64,000 bases of DNA from Nitrosopumilus sp. (GTDB taxonomy: Archaea > Thermoproteota > Nitrososphaeria > Nitrososphaerales > Nitrosopumilaceae). The notes beneath the pieces were generated by a model. It made no database searches, was not told the DNA's origin, and worked only from the letters and a program-made list of their open reading frames with translations. Positions 19,468 to 30,402 of the stretch are shown here, piece by piece (within the stretch, counting starts at the first letter, position 1; every line of letters begins with the position of its first letter). The translations under genes were made by a program, and so were the position numbers. The stretch lies in assembly GCA_965203315.1 (NCBI GenBank), contig OZ241857.1, forward strand, positions 1,056,001-1,120,000. The letters are read 5' to 3'.

Positions 19468-22400
19468 TTATGGATCTGGACAACCGTCGGTATCTCGATC
19501 ACCATCATAGTCCTCTGGTTCTGATACACATTGATCTTGATCATCTATGATTCCGTCTAGATCAGAGTCATGTACAAAGCGTTGTTGTTCCGGAATTATA
19601 TCTGGACAACCGTCGGTATCTCGATACTTGTTCCATGTCTCGGGTTGAAGTGGACAAGAGTCAAGTTCGTCCCGATAACCGTCCTTGTCTGTATCATATA
19701 CAGGCGGTATAACAGATTCAGCGCCTGGTACATCTGGGCAGCCGTCAAAGTCTAGATAGTTGTTATAGTTTTCTGGTTCGTCAACACAAGAGTCCCATCT
19801 ATCGTCTATACCGTCAGAGTCGGTATCTGAGAATACAAATCTAGGTACAGTAGATTGGGGTGCTTGGTCAGGACAGCCGTCGGTATCTTGGTATCTGTTG
19901 TATGTCTCGGGAGCATCAACACAAGAGTCTACACTGTCTGATATGCCGTCATTGTCACGATCTATTAGCAAGTTAATATCATCAGGACAGCCGTCGGTAT
20001 CGTCGATTCCATTAAAGGTCTCTGGCTCGTTTGGACATCTATCCAAATAGTCTAGAATATTATCACCGTCAGAGTCGGAGACTCCTCCTTCTTCAGGTAC
20101 AACATCAGGGCAGCCGTCTGCATCTTGGTATCTGTTGTATGTCTCGGGTTGGTTTGGGCAGAGATCTATATCATTAAAGATTGCGTCTCGATCATAATCT
20201 GATGTTCGTACATGCATGATCGAGTCTGGGCAGCCGTCATCGTCTTGAAAGTTGTTGAATCTCTCGGCAACTAGAGGGCATTGGTCTACACTATCTGGAT
20301 ATCCATCATAGTCTGAATCTATTGGAGTAGCAGATGCTACATTTACTCCTGGTACATCTGGGCAGCCGTCAAAGTCTAGATAGTTGTTATAGTTTTCTGG
20401 TTCGTCAACACAAGAGTCCCATCTATCGTCTATACCGTCAGAGTCGGTATCCGGGAATACAAATCTGGGTGTATCTGATCCTGGTGCTTGGTCAGGACAA
20501 CCGTCGGTATCTTGGTATCTGTTGTATGTCTCTGGAGCATCGGGACACTGGTCTACATTATCAAGAATTAGATCACCGTCAGAGTCACTGTTTGGAGCTC
20601 TGTCTGGGCAGCCGTCGGTATCATCAAAGTTGTTGTAAGTCTCGGGTTGGTTTGGACAGAGATCTCTACTATCAATTATCAGATCATTGTCCGAGTCATA
20701 ATCGGATGGAGATTCGTCTAGACTGTCAGGACAACCGTCGGTATCTTGGTATCTGTTGTATGTCTCTTTGATGTACACACACTGATCAAATGGATCGTTT
20801 ATTCCATCGCCATCAGAGTCGCCAGTAGATATGAACTCGACTGTGTCTGGACAACCGTCGGTATCTTGAAACTTGTTATAGTTTTCTCGTAATAGAGGAC
20901 ATGCATCTTCCGAGTCAGGTATTGTATCATAGTCGGTGTCAACTATGCTGTTTGGATTAGCGCCTGGTACATCTGGGCAGCCGTCAAAGTCTAGATAGTT
21001 GTTATAGTTTTCTGGTTCGTCAACACAAGAGTCCCATCTATCGTCTATACCGTCAGAGTCGGTATCCGGGAATACAAATCTGGGTGTATCTGATCCTGGT
21101 GCTTGGTCAGGACAACCGTCGGTATCTTGGTATCTGTTGTATGTCTCTGGAGCATCGGGACACTGGTCTACATTATCAAGAATTAGATCACCGTCAGAGT
21201 CACTGTTTGGAGCTCTGTCTGGGCAGCCGTCGGTATCATCAAAGTTGTTGTAAGTCTCGGGTTGGTTTGGACAGAGATCTCTACTATCAATTATCAGATC
21301 ATTGTCCGAGTCATAATCGGATGGAGATTCGTCTAGACTGTCAGGACAACCGTCGGTATCTTGGTATCTGTTGTATGTCTCTTTGATGTACACACACTGA
21401 TCAAATGGATCGTTTATTCCATCGCCATCAGAGTCGCCAGTAGATATGAACTCGACTGTGTCTGGACAACCGTCGGTATCTTGAAACTTGTTATAGTTTT
21501 CTCGTAATAGAGGACATGCATCTTCCGAGTCAGGTATTGTATCATAGTCGGTGTCAACTATGCTGTTTGGATTAGCGCCTGGTACATCTGGGCAGCCGTC
21601 AAAGTCTAGATAGTTGTTATAGTTTTCTGGTTCGTCAACACAAGAGTCCCATCTATCGTCTATACCGTCAGAGTCGGTATCCGGGAATACAAATCTGGGT
21701 GTATCTGATCCTGGTGCTTGGTCAGGACAACCGTCGGTATCTTGGTATCTGTTGTATGTCTCGGGTTCGTCAACACAAGAGTCTACACTGTCTGATATGC
21801 CATCATTGTCACGATCTGTTAGTGAGTTAATATCATCAGGACAACCGTCGGTATCGTCGATTCCATTAAAGGTCTCTGGTTCGTTTGGACATCTATCTAA
21901 ATAATCTGCAAGTCCATCAGCATCAGAGTCAGGAATTCCCCCTGGATCATCGGTCGAGTCAGGACACCCATCTGCATCTTGAAATCTATTCCATGTCTCA
22001 GGATGGTAAGGACATTGATCTATATCGTCAAATATTGAATCGTTATCTATATCGGTTATTCTCACATATATCGCAACATCGGGACAGCCATCATCGTCTT
22101 GAAAGTTGTTGAACCTCTCGGCAGCTAGAGGGCACTTGTCTATGCCATCTAGATATCCATCATTGTCAGAGTCTATTGGGAGACCGACAGACAAGGCGCC
22201 TGGTACATCAGGACAGCCGTCAAAGTCTAGATAGTTGTTATAGTTTTCTGGTTCGTCAACACAAGAGTCCCATCTATCGTCTATACCGTCAGAGTCGGTA
22301 TCCGGGAATACAAATCTGGGTGTATCTGATCCTGGTGCTTGGTCAGGACAACCGTCGGTATCTTGGTATCTGTTGTATGTCTCGGGTTCGTCAACACAAG

Positions 22401-22887
22401 AGTCTACACTGTCTGATATGCCATCATTGTCACGATCTGTTAGTGAGTTAATATCATCAGGACAACCGTCGGTATCGTCGATTCCATTAAAGGTCTCTGG
22501 TTCGTTTGGACATCTATCTAAATAATCTGCAAATCCATCAGCATCAGAGTCGATAAACATAGATGTACCGCCAGGTGCAACATCGGGACATCCATCAGCA
22601 TCTTCAAAGTTGTTGTATGTCTCTTTTACAGTTGGGCATGAATCTATATGATCTTGGACACCATCAGAGTCGGCATCATACCACGGAACAAAGTCTGCAG
22701 GACAACCATCGATGTTGTTCCCATACTGTGGATCATAATCTTCAAGTAGATGTGGACATTTATCCACTCTGTTTGGAACACCATCACCATCGTTATCTAG
22801 CTCTGATGCCGCGCTAGTTAGTGATGTCGTACTAAAAGCTAGAACTGCAATCAATAATAGCGTAAATAAGTATCGCTTCATTACCAA
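19468..22887 (-). CDS. Secreted thrombospondin type-3 (Ca-binding) repeat protein
   Basis: Signal peptide; many DxDxDGIxDxxDxCPxxPExYNxxxDxDGCPD units. Confidence 0.92.
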   Translation of the reverse strand: MVMKRYLFTLLLIAVLAFSTTSLTSAASELDNDGDGVPNRVDKCPHLLEDYDPQYGNNIDGCPADFVPWYDADSDGVQDHIDSCPTVKETYNNFEDADGCPDVAPGGTSMFIDSDADGFADYLDRCPNEPETFNGIDDTDGCPDDINSLTDRDNDGISDSVDSCVDEPETYNRYQDTDGCPDQAPGSDTPRFVFPDTDSDGIDDRWDSCVDEPENYNNYLDFDGCPDVPGALSVGLPIDSDNDGYLDGIDKCPLAAERFNNFQDDDGCPDVAIYVRITDIDNDSIFDDIDQCPYHPETWNRFQDADGCPDSTDDPGGIPDSDADGLADYLDRCPNEPETFNGIDDTDGCPDDINSLTDRDNDGISDSVDSCVDEPETYNRYQDTDGCPDQAPGSDTPRFVFPDTDSDGIDDRWDSCVDEPENYNNYLDFDGCPDVPGANPNSIVDTDYDTIPDSEDACPLLRENYNKFQDTDGCPDTVEFISTGDSDGDGINDPFDQCVYIKETYNRYQDTDGCPDSLDESPSDYDSDNDLIIDSRDLCPNQPETYNNFDDTDGCPDRAPNSDSDGDLILDNVDQCPDAPETYNRYQDTDGCPDQAPGSDTPRFVFPDTDSDGIDDRWDSCVDEPENYNNYLDFDGCPDVPGANPNSIVDTDYDTIPDSEDACPLLRENYNKFQDTDGCPDTVEFISTGDSDGDGINDPFDQCVYIKETYNRYQDTDGCPDSLDESPSDYDSDNDLIIDSRDLCPNQPETYNNFDDTDGCPDRAPNSDSDGDLILDNVDQCPDAPETYNRYQDTDGCPDQAPGSDTPRFVFPDTDSDGIDDRWDSCVDEPENYNNYLDFDGCPDVPGVNVASATPIDSDYDGYPDSVDQCPLVAERFNNFQDDDGCPDSIMHVRTSDYDRDAIFNDIDLCPNQPETYNRYQDADGCPDVVPEEGGVSDSDGDNILDYLDRCPNEPETFNGIDDTDGCPDDINLLIDRDNDGISDSVDSCVDAPETYNRYQDTDGCPDQAPQSTVPRFVFSDTDSDGIDDRWDSCVDEPENYNNYLDFDGCPDVPGAESVIPPVYDTDKDGYRDELDSCPLQPETWNKYRDTDGCPDIIPEQQRFVHDSDLDGIIDDQDQCVSEPEDYDGDRDTDGCPDP
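20351..21760. repeat. Apparently perfect 615-bp tandem duplication inside the TSP3 gene
   Basis: GGTACATCTGGGCAGCCGTCAAAG at 20351, 20966 and 21581; related units at 19727 and 22202. Confidence 0.85.
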
Positions 22888-23019
22888 GTGTTGTTGTTTT
22901 ATCGTATTTATTAAGTCTCACGATAAAGGCTTTTGCTGAATTGTGTGGTGTTAAGTTTATGTTCAAAAAAGATCGACAAGAGATAACACTCTAGACTAAT
23001 GATCTTTGGAAACCATCCC

Positions 23020-23360
23020 CACTAGATTTAGCTGTTTCTTACTGTCAAGATCCACATGTCTCTTGGCGCTGTAAAATAGATAGTTGGTTGGTCAGAGTCT
23101 CCAATATCTCAAACTTGTCTCTCTAATGGTTTGATGAGACAGCGGTCTTGCATATTATGCTCGTTTATTTTATCTAAAAAAAATACTATTGATTTGTAGA
23201 GTTCTGTTATCAAGGATTGGTATTCTCTGCACAAAATTCTCAATTTTGCAAGTATAGAAATTGTCGTGTACAGACTATTGTGAATCGCTATGGTTTTGAA
23301 TCACATACTGTTATATTATTTGCAACAACGTCTTCACTGTCTTAACCTCTACCAAGCTGA
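23020..23360. repeat. Degenerate dispersed repeat/relic related to 35380-35620
   Basis: Collinear shared blocks GTTGGTyAGAGTCT-like, AATyGCTA..GTTTT.AATC.CATACTGT, ACAACGTCTTCAC. Confidence 0.45.
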
Positions 23361-24540
23361 CACTCTTGATCGACAAACATAGCTGAAAGTTTATTTCTGT
23401 TCATAACTATATCTGATACAATAAATCAATTTGATGTCATATCACAGAGTATGTTATTCTCATCATCTTGAGATTGGTTTACTTTAACTCTAAAGAAAAT
23501 TGGATGGGCAAACAAATGCTCTACAAAAGAGTACAAATGAGAGTACATGATGGCCAGTATTTGGGTCCGATTACTCTCACAAAGCAGTTACAAAATCACA
23601 TAAACAGAACCGCTACAACAATATGATAAAAAAGTACAAAAAGTATTGAATAACTCAACTACTGTAAAGCAAAAACGTTGCAATTAGGTTCGTTGAGAAA
23701 ACACTCTTACTCTATGTGGTATCGGGATTGACATAATAGTAAAAGGCACAAAATGGAAAAAGATTACCTGATTTGCCTATATACCTAGATGGTTACGTAG
23801 GTAACATCAATGACAAGTCTACAAACATGCAACACCAGATAATGCAATCAGAGTGTTGAGAAAAGATATCAAAAATGGCGGCCACGAGTTCTATCTGATC
23901 GTAAGACATAATTTATGTCTACAAAAAATCAAAAAACGTGCGTAATATATTATGAAAGTAAACACCACATAAAGCAAATATTTGTAAAAGCAAATCATTA
24001 GACTAGTGACAAGTTGGAGATATTCTTTATTATATTTGAATTAGAAATTAAACATTCCGAAATCATAAGAGCATACACCAGACAAAGATAGACTTCATTT
24101 CTCACCAGATATTGGTGATAAAACACTATCAACTACATTTAAAACAAAATGCGCCAGTGCTAAAATTAAAAATAATTCCAACGGAGGCAAACGAATAGTC
24201 CGATGAATTTAAACGGTTTCAGTACAGTACATACCTCTACGATCGATCATAAAATGTGATCTTGTGACTCGAATATAATTACAAATCATGACTTTACGAT
24301 TGTATAAAAATTGTAGACGCCCAAAGACGCCAACTGTCAGATTAGCCTGTTTGGTATAAGAGTAATTTTTGAAATTCTTGGTTAATTTGATGTTACTCTG
24401 ACTTGAGATTCTATCTTTAGAACCACTTGTAGATCTTTATGTTTTATCTAATTTGCATGTTTTTAGGCTCATATTTGGACAAACTGTGTTTACTGATCGA
24501 CCTATATGATTTATAAAACGATTATTGGGGTTTTAACTTT

Positions 24541-24993
24541 ATGGCAAAAGTGTATGACGTACCTGCAGATATGCTAATAAAACAACTTGCAGAGACTCTA
24601 AAAGATGAGGGCATCTCTGCACCCACTTGGACTCCATTTGTAAAGACAGGAGCTCATGCAGATCGACCTCCACATGACAGAGACTGGTGGTATACTAGAT
24701 GTGCGTCACTATTGAGAAAGATATATCTTCATGGCCCTATTGGTATTAACGAATTACGAGTAAAATACGGCGGTGGCAAACCCTCAGGATATGGAGCTGC
24801 ACATCATAGAGACGCCGGAGGTGCAATAATACGAAACGCTGTTCATGGTTTAGAAAAGCTAGGATATATAGAGAAAGCAGACAAGAAGGGTCGAATCATA
24901 TCGTCTAAAGGAATGAAGAAACTTGATCAGATGGCAACCAAAATTCTCAAATCGATGACGGAGAGTAATTCAAAATTAGAGATTTATAGATAG
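24541..24993 (+). CDS. rps19e: 30S ribosomal protein S19e
   Basis: VYDVPAD, FVKTGAHADRPP..DWWYTRCASLLRKIY. Confidence 0.97.
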   Translation: MAKVYDVPADMLIKQLAETLKDEGISAPTWTPFVKTGAHADRPPHDRDWWYTRCASLLRKIYLHGPIGINELRVKYGGGKPSGYGAAHHRDAGGAIIRNAVHGLEKLGYIEKADKKGRIISSKGMKKLDQMATKILKSMTESNSKLEIYR

Positions 24994-25000
24994 ATCTAAA

Positions 25001-25267
25001 ATGAGCTTCGATGAACCTATAGAAAATAATGAAGAGATGTCTGCTCAAAAAGAGAGCATCTTGAAGCAGATACTCAGTCCAGATGCACGGATGCGGTTGG
25101 GCAACATAAAGATGGTAAAACCAGAGATCTCTAACATGGTAGAACAATATCTTATAACAATGGCAACTCAGGGCAAGATTCACGAACAAATATCTGATGA
25201 ACAATTCAAGCAGATACTATTATCAATCCAACAGCCAAAACGAGACTTTAAGTTTAATCGTCGTTAA
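25001..25267 (+). CDS. PDCD5-like DNA-binding protein
   Basis: ILKQILSPDARMRLGNIKMVKPE...VEQYLI; located after rps19e. Confidence 0.9.
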   Translation: MSFDEPIENNEEMSAQKESILKQILSPDARMRLGNIKMVKPEISNMVEQYLITMATQGKIHEQISDEQFKQILLSIQQPKRDFKFNRR

Positions 25268-25483
25268 TTGAGTCGATATAATACTGAGGGTACAATATCA
25301 GGTTGCCGTTGAAACCAGGCATGATTTGTACTAGAATCTCTAGTTGACACGCTTGAATATCATGACAACATGAGACTATATCTCAAAAGTAGAGATCATA
25401 AATTATCAGATGATGAAACGTCATGCCTGAGAGCATAGCTGTCAAACCTAAAATATAATTATAGGCAAAAAATTGGATAATTA

Positions 25484-26563
25484 ATGAAAGCTGTAGTATA
25501 TCACGAATATGCACCTGATGACGATTATGCAAAGATTCTCAAAGTTGAGGATATTGATGAACCAAAGCCAAAACCAGACGAGGTCGTTTTTAAGGTAAAG
25601 GCAGCAGCACTAAACTATAATGATATCTGGGGAATGCGTGGCCAGCCAGTAGCTGTTCCGTTGCCCCATGTGTCCGGATCGGATGCGGCTGGAGACGTAA
25701 TTGCAGTCGGTGAGGACGTAAAGGATATCAAAGTAGGAGATAGAGTAGTGTCTCACTCCAACATGGCTTGCCGTGTATGTAAAGCATGTACAGATGGTCG
25801 TGAGTTTGATTGTACACGTAGAACGATCTGGGGATTCCAGACTGGACCAACTTGGGGAGCCTATCAAGAGGTTACACATCTACCAGAGGTCAACATATCA
25901 AAGATTCCCGATACTCTCTCATACCAAGATGCTGCGGCTGCATCCATGACTATATTGACTGCATGGCACATGTTAGTTGGACGTGCCAAGATCACACCAG
26001 GTCAGACGGTCTTGATCATGGGTGGTGGTTCTGGTGTCGGAAGTTTTGGAATTCAAATAGCAAAACTCTACAACTGTGATGTCATTGCGACTGCAAGTCC
26101 AGACAAACTAGACAAGTGTTTAGAACTTGGTGCAGACTTTGCAGTAGATCATAGAAAAGAAGACTGGCATAAAGAGGTACGAACAATAACAAAAGAGATT
26201 GCAAGGAGAAAGGGCGAACTGCCAGGAATCGATATATCTTTTGATCATATTGGTCAGACCCATTGGAACAAACAGTTAACTCTACTAAAGTATGGTGCAA
26301 CCCTCGTATCTTGTGGTGCAACAACAGGCTATGATGCCAAGACCGATCTAAGACACATCTTCTTTAAAGGAACCAACATTTTGGGATCTACTCAAGGAAC
26401 AAAAGCTGAACTAGATCAAGCAATCTATTGGATGGGTCAAGGAAAGATAAAGTCAGTCATCGATTCTACATACACATTCGAGCAGGCAGCCACAGCGCAT
26501 ACCAAGATGCTTACCGGAAAAGGACTCTTTGGCAAGATCATAATGAAGCCAGAGGGTGTCTAA
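25484..26563 (+). CDS. Zinc-binding MDR-family dehydrogenase/reductase
   Basis: GroES-like domain, CRVCKAC..C structural Zn, GGGSGVG. Confidence 0.88.
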   Translation: MKAVVYHEYAPDDDYAKILKVEDIDEPKPKPDEVVFKVKAAALNYNDIWGMRGQPVAVPLPHVSGSDAAGDVIAVGEDVKDIKVGDRVVSHSNMACRVCKACTDGREFDCTRRTIWGFQTGPTWGAYQEVTHLPEVNISKIPDTLSYQDAAAASMTILTAWHMLVGRAKITPGQTVLIMGGGSGVGSFGIQIAKLYNCDVIATASPDKLDKCLELGADFAVDHRKEDWHKEVRTITKEIARRKGELPGIDISFDHIGQTHWNKQLTLLKYGATLVSCGATTGYDAKTDLRHIFFKGTNILGSTQGTKAELDQAIYWMGQGKIKSVIDSTYTFEQAATAHTKMLTGKGLFGKIIMKPEGV

Positions 26564-26570
26564 TCTTTTT

Positions 26571-27434
26571 ATGACACTATACCGTAGTCTAATATTTGTT
26601 CCAGGAAATAATTCTAGATTTTTAAAAAAGGCTCAAACGTTGCGGGCAGATATTGTATGTCTTGATCTAGAAGACTCTGTACCAAAAGATCAAAAGACAG
26701 ATGCTCGCGAGATGATTCGTGGAGCTCTAGATTCCAAGTACGAGTCATCCATATTTGTGCGAACAAACTCACCTCAATCCGGGTTGATTCCTACTGATCT
26801 GAATTACATCATACATGAGGGCATAGATGGCATAGTCATACCAAAAGTGAATAATATTGACGAGCTAGAGTGTATCATAAAGATGATATCTGATTTAGAG
26901 GAGCAGTGCGGTTTGAAACAGTGTCAACTGATACCGTCTATCGAATCTGCGCTAGGTCTAGTAAATACATACCAAATAGCATCCACAAATAGAGTATCAG
27001 CTATAGTCTTTGGCGTCTTTGATCTACTAAACGATATTGGAGTCGAATATGCAAAAGACAATCAAATGATCAATCATGCTAGAGCTCAACTTGCACTTGC
27101 TACCCATGCAGCAAACATTCCTGCGATAGATGCGATATGGCAGGATCTCAAAGATAGTTCAGGACTAGAGAGTGACTGTAGATCTGGCAAGAGTCTTGGA
27201 TATGCAGGCAAGAGCATAATACATCCAGATCAGATAGACACGGTACATAGAATATTTCATCCAACAGAGTCCGAGATACAGTGGGCAGAGAAGGTTTGTA
27301 CTGCGTATCGTAATGCAAAGTCACTAGGCAAAGGTGCAACCACAGTAGATGGAAAGATGATTGATGAAGTTCACTACAAACAAGCCTTGTCTGTAATCAA
27401 AGTGTCAAAAGACACACAAGGATCAGATCTTTGA
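26571..27434 (+). CDS. CitE/HpcH family CoA-ester lyase
   Basis: RSLIFVPGN, DLEDSV, IPKV, IESALG, GKSIIHPDQI, DGKMIDEVH. Confidence 0.9.
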   Translation: MTLYRSLIFVPGNNSRFLKKAQTLRADIVCLDLEDSVPKDQKTDAREMIRGALDSKYESSIFVRTNSPQSGLIPTDLNYIIHEGIDGIVIPKVNNIDELECIIKMISDLEEQCGLKQCQLIPSIESALGLVNTYQIASTNRVSAIVFGVFDLLNDIGVEYAKDNQMINHARAQLALATHAANIPAIDAIWQDLKDSSGLESDCRSGKSLGYAGKSIIHPDQIDTVHRIFHPTESEIQWAEKVCTAYRNAKSLGKGATTVDGKMIDEVHYKQALSVIKVSKDTQGSDL

Positions 27435-27723
27435 GATTGTAAACCATCAAACAATTCTGTGTAATGTTTGAGTTTAAATCTAGATCAAGACGGTCACGCT
27501 TACATCAATCATGATGTGGAGATGGATCTCTTCAATCGACAGGCCTTGACGAGTGCCGCATATGACAATTTATAGATTATAAACGACATATCGATACTGT
27601 GAATTTTCTACAATTGCGCTAAAAATGCGTAAAAATTTGGTTTTCATCAACGATTATTTCAAACCCACCTGCTGAAGATAATCATTGACCGATTTTAAAT
27701 ATATGATAGTCTAGACATAAATA

Positions 27724-28275
27724 ATGGACAAGACAGATCTAGATGCTTTAGATATACTTTGTATGACGCTAGCTGCTAACGAGAACGAAATAGAGGGCAG
27801 AACAACAATTCAAAAACTAACTTATTTTGAGATGCAAAAGATAAAAGGATTAAACGTCAATCCACACAAAGCATATCGTTATGGTCCTTTTAATACAGAA
27901 ATCTCAGATGGATTAGGAACACTAGTTTACATAAATGTCATAAGTGAAAAAAGATTGCCAGGAACATACCCAACATGGGGATACAAGATCGAAGAAAAAG
28001 GAATTCCAGTTGTAGAAAAATTGAAAGTTGAAAATGAGAAAATATACAATAAAATTGAAAATATCGTTAAAACATGTAAAGAATACTGTTCATTAAAACA
28101 AACCACTTTAGCGATTACAGCAAAAGTCCACTATATACGCTCACATAAAAAAACTAAAAAAATGACTCCTGATGAAATTATTAGCATGTCAAAAAATTTT
28201 GGTTGGGAGATCAAGAAAAAAGATATTAAGGACGCAGATGCCCTACTAGGAAAACTTGGTCTTGTCAGAGTTTAA
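27724..28275 (+). CDS. YwgA/DUF4065-like winged-helix protein (AT-rich)
   Basis: GRTTIQKLTYF...YRYGPFNTEISDGL. Confidence 0.65.
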   Translation: MDKTDLDALDILCMTLAANENEIEGRTTIQKLTYFEMQKIKGLNVNPHKAYRYGPFNTEISDGLGTLVYINVISEKRLPGTYPTWGYKIEEKGIPVVEKLKVENEKIYNKIENIVKTCKEYCSLKQTTLAITAKVHYIRSHKKTKKMTPDEIISMSKNFGWEIKKKDIKDADALLGKLGLVRV

Positions 28276-28311
28276 CGATAAAAACCAGTTTAGATATAAA
28301 TCAATATGTGG

Positions 28312-28425
28312 GGAACTTTTCAATTTATGTGGAATGGTGTTTTAACACAAGTACTATCAGACTTTATAGGAATATTTTCAGGAAAAAGTCTTTAAAATAC
28401 CATCCCACGTAAATCGAAGAGATCC
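28312..28425. mobile_element. MITE family A copy
   Basis: GGAACTTTTCAATTTATGTGG ... CCCACGTAAATCGAAGAGATCC. Confidence 0.8.
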
Positions 28426-28661
28426 CTCGAGTAAGCCACCATATGGAAAATACAATTACTCTTACTGATGAATTTTTTTGGTTTACATAGGATAGTTTTC
28501 AAATGATTTTGTTCCTAAAAATGCTCAACCCTCTAAAATAAGTAGATTTCTTTATAATTTTGCTAGATTTCTATTTGTAATTTAGTATATGATAAAATAT
28601 TTGTAATTGAAAAATCAATTTATTTCTAAAAAAGTGATATGTGTCAATATATCTCTACTGT

Positions 28662-28742
28662 GGATCTTTTTCGATTTATACGAGATAGAGTTTTGTAAGA
28701 CTTTTTCTGTAAAATTCTACCCCACATGAATCGAAGAGATCC
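28662..28742. mobile_element. MITE family A copy, internally deleted (81 bp)
   Basis: GGATCTTTTTCGATTTATACG ... CCCACATGAATCGAAGAGATCC. Confidence 0.75.
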
Positions 28743-28794
28743 TTATGTAGCGATTGTGGAATAATTTAAAAGATAGTTTAGATGATTATACAGT

Positions 28795-29499
28795 ATGGTA
28801 AACCTACTTGATCCCTCAAACGTATTAACACGAATGTTTAACGCAAAAAAATATGAAGAGATGTACAAATATTGTAGTGACTTACTAGCAGAGATTCCAA
28901 ACGATATGGTCGCATTGCAAAACATTGCACTTGCTTTAGTGTATATGAAACGATACCATGAGGCAATAGATTTTTGTGATAAAGTTCTTGCCATTAAAAG
29001 AGATGATCTATTTGCGTTAAAGAACAAGATATATGCACTTGAAGGACTCAAACGATATCATGATGTTGTAGAGCTCTGTGATAAAATACTAGCACAGAAT
29101 CCCAAAGATATCTGGACTCTTGATACTATGGGTCTTGCGCTCAACGAACTCGATCGTCATGATGAGGCCCTCACATACTATGAGAGATCACTTGAGGTTG
29201 ATCCCAAAGGCATTACCGCATTAATGAATAATGCCATCTCACTCTCACATCTAAAACGATATGATGATGCGATCACTTTCTACGATAAAGTTCAGATGAT
29301 TGACTCTACTCAAAAAGATGCACTACTAGCAAAATCACGACTCTATGAACATCTTGGAATGAAAGATGAAGCATTCTTGGCAGCACAAGGCGTACTAAAT
29401 CAAGATATGCCCAAGATCAAACAAGCTGCTCTAGATAACGAGTGCACTGTATTTCATCAGTTTTGTGAGAACGAGTTTGCAGAATACGAGTCCAAATAG
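28795..29499 (+). CDS. Tetratricopeptide repeat protein
   Basis: ~34-aa repeats AL.N.A.AL..L.RY.EA...Y.K.L..DP. Confidence 0.9.
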   Translation: MVNLLDPSNVLTRMFNAKKYEEMYKYCSDLLAEIPNDMVALQNIALALVYMKRYHEAIDFCDKVLAIKRDDLFALKNKIYALEGLKRYHDVVELCDKILAQNPKDIWTLDTMGLALNELDRHDEALTYYERSLEVDPKGITALMNNAISLSHLKRYDDAITFYDKVQMIDSTQKDALLAKSRLYEHLGMKDEAFLAAQGVLNQDMPKIKQAALDNECTVFHQFCENEFAEYESK

Positions 29500-29771
29500 T
29501 TCATACATACAATCATTACGAGTTTCCTAGTTTGGTGAACAGCACATAACCATCAAGAATGTTATTCTTTAATTACACCGTCCATTGTACAATTGAACTG
29601 ATGTACATCGAAAATTATGTCAATTTATCAATCTATACGTAAGAGATGACAGACTGGTGGAATCTGTTAGTTGTGTAATTGATTAATGTTAGCGTCGTCT
29701 AAAGTTTAGAACAAATTAGACAGATTGAGTTATGATAATGATTTTATACAATCTATACAACAACATATCTA

Positions 29772-30362
29772 TTGTTTACTGGAATCATACAAGGAACGGG
29801 AACTGTAAAAGAGATCTCTGCTGCCACCAATACACGTAATGCAGTAAATCTCCTAGTTGATCTTGGTAAACACTCTAAAGGATTACGAGTTGGGCAGAGT
29901 GTTGCGTTAAATGGTGTATGTTTGACCGCAATAAAGTTATCTGGTTCAGAATGCAACTTTGAAGTTATAGACGAGACTGTAAAGAATACAGATATTGGAA
30001 ATCTCAAAAAGGGTCAACTCGTAAACATTGAGCGTTCGCTCAAGGCAAATGATCGACTTGAAGGTCATTTTGTTTTAGGTCATGTAGACGGTGTCGGTAC
30101 AATCAAATCGATCGAACAGAAACCCAAAGAACTTGAGATAGTATTTGTTGTTCCAAAACAACTTGCCAAGTACGTAGTGAAGAAAGGTTCGATAGCAGTA
30201 GATGGTATAAGCCTTACAGTTACTAATATCAAAGGTACAGCAATATCCGTATCATTAATCCCACATACTGTAAAGATGACCAACTTTCAAACAAAAAAGA
30301 TTGGCGATAAAATTAATATTGAAACCGACATACTCGGAAAATACATCTTGAAACAGAAATGA
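29772..30362 (+). CDS. ribE: Riboflavin synthase (alpha, bacterial/eukaryotic type)
   Basis: N-terminal MFTGII, GVCLT, GHFVLGHVDG, NIETD. Confidence 0.95.
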   Translation: MFTGIIQGTGTVKEISAATNTRNAVNLLVDLGKHSKGLRVGQSVALNGVCLTAIKLSGSECNFEVIDETVKNTDIGNLKKGQLVNIERSLKANDRLEGHFVLGHVDGVGTIKSIEQKPKELEIVFVVPKQLAKYVVKKGSIAVDGISLTVTNIKGTAISVSLIPHTVKMTNFQTKKIGDKINIETDILGKYILKQK

Positions 30363-30366
30363 TCTA

Positions 30367-30402
30367 TTACCAATTTTGTGGTAATTACTAATTTTCTAGT
30401 AA
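30367..30402. promoter_or_regulatory. Two abutting 18-bp palindromic operator-like sites upstream of the ribB TATA box
   Basis: TTACCAattttgTGGTAA and TTACTAattttcTAGTAA; TTTATAA at 30405-30411. Confidence 0.65.

Noticed and set aside
19468-22887. Regular repeats as a CRISPR array or DGR template/variable pair
   Set aside because: They are in-frame coding TSP3 units; there are no unique spacers, cas genes or reverse transcriptase.
25300-25450. Possible ncRNA (CAGGCATGA...TCATGCCTG inverted repeat)
   Set aside because: No SRP, RNase P or tRNA motifs; only a short stem, possibly another MITE relic.
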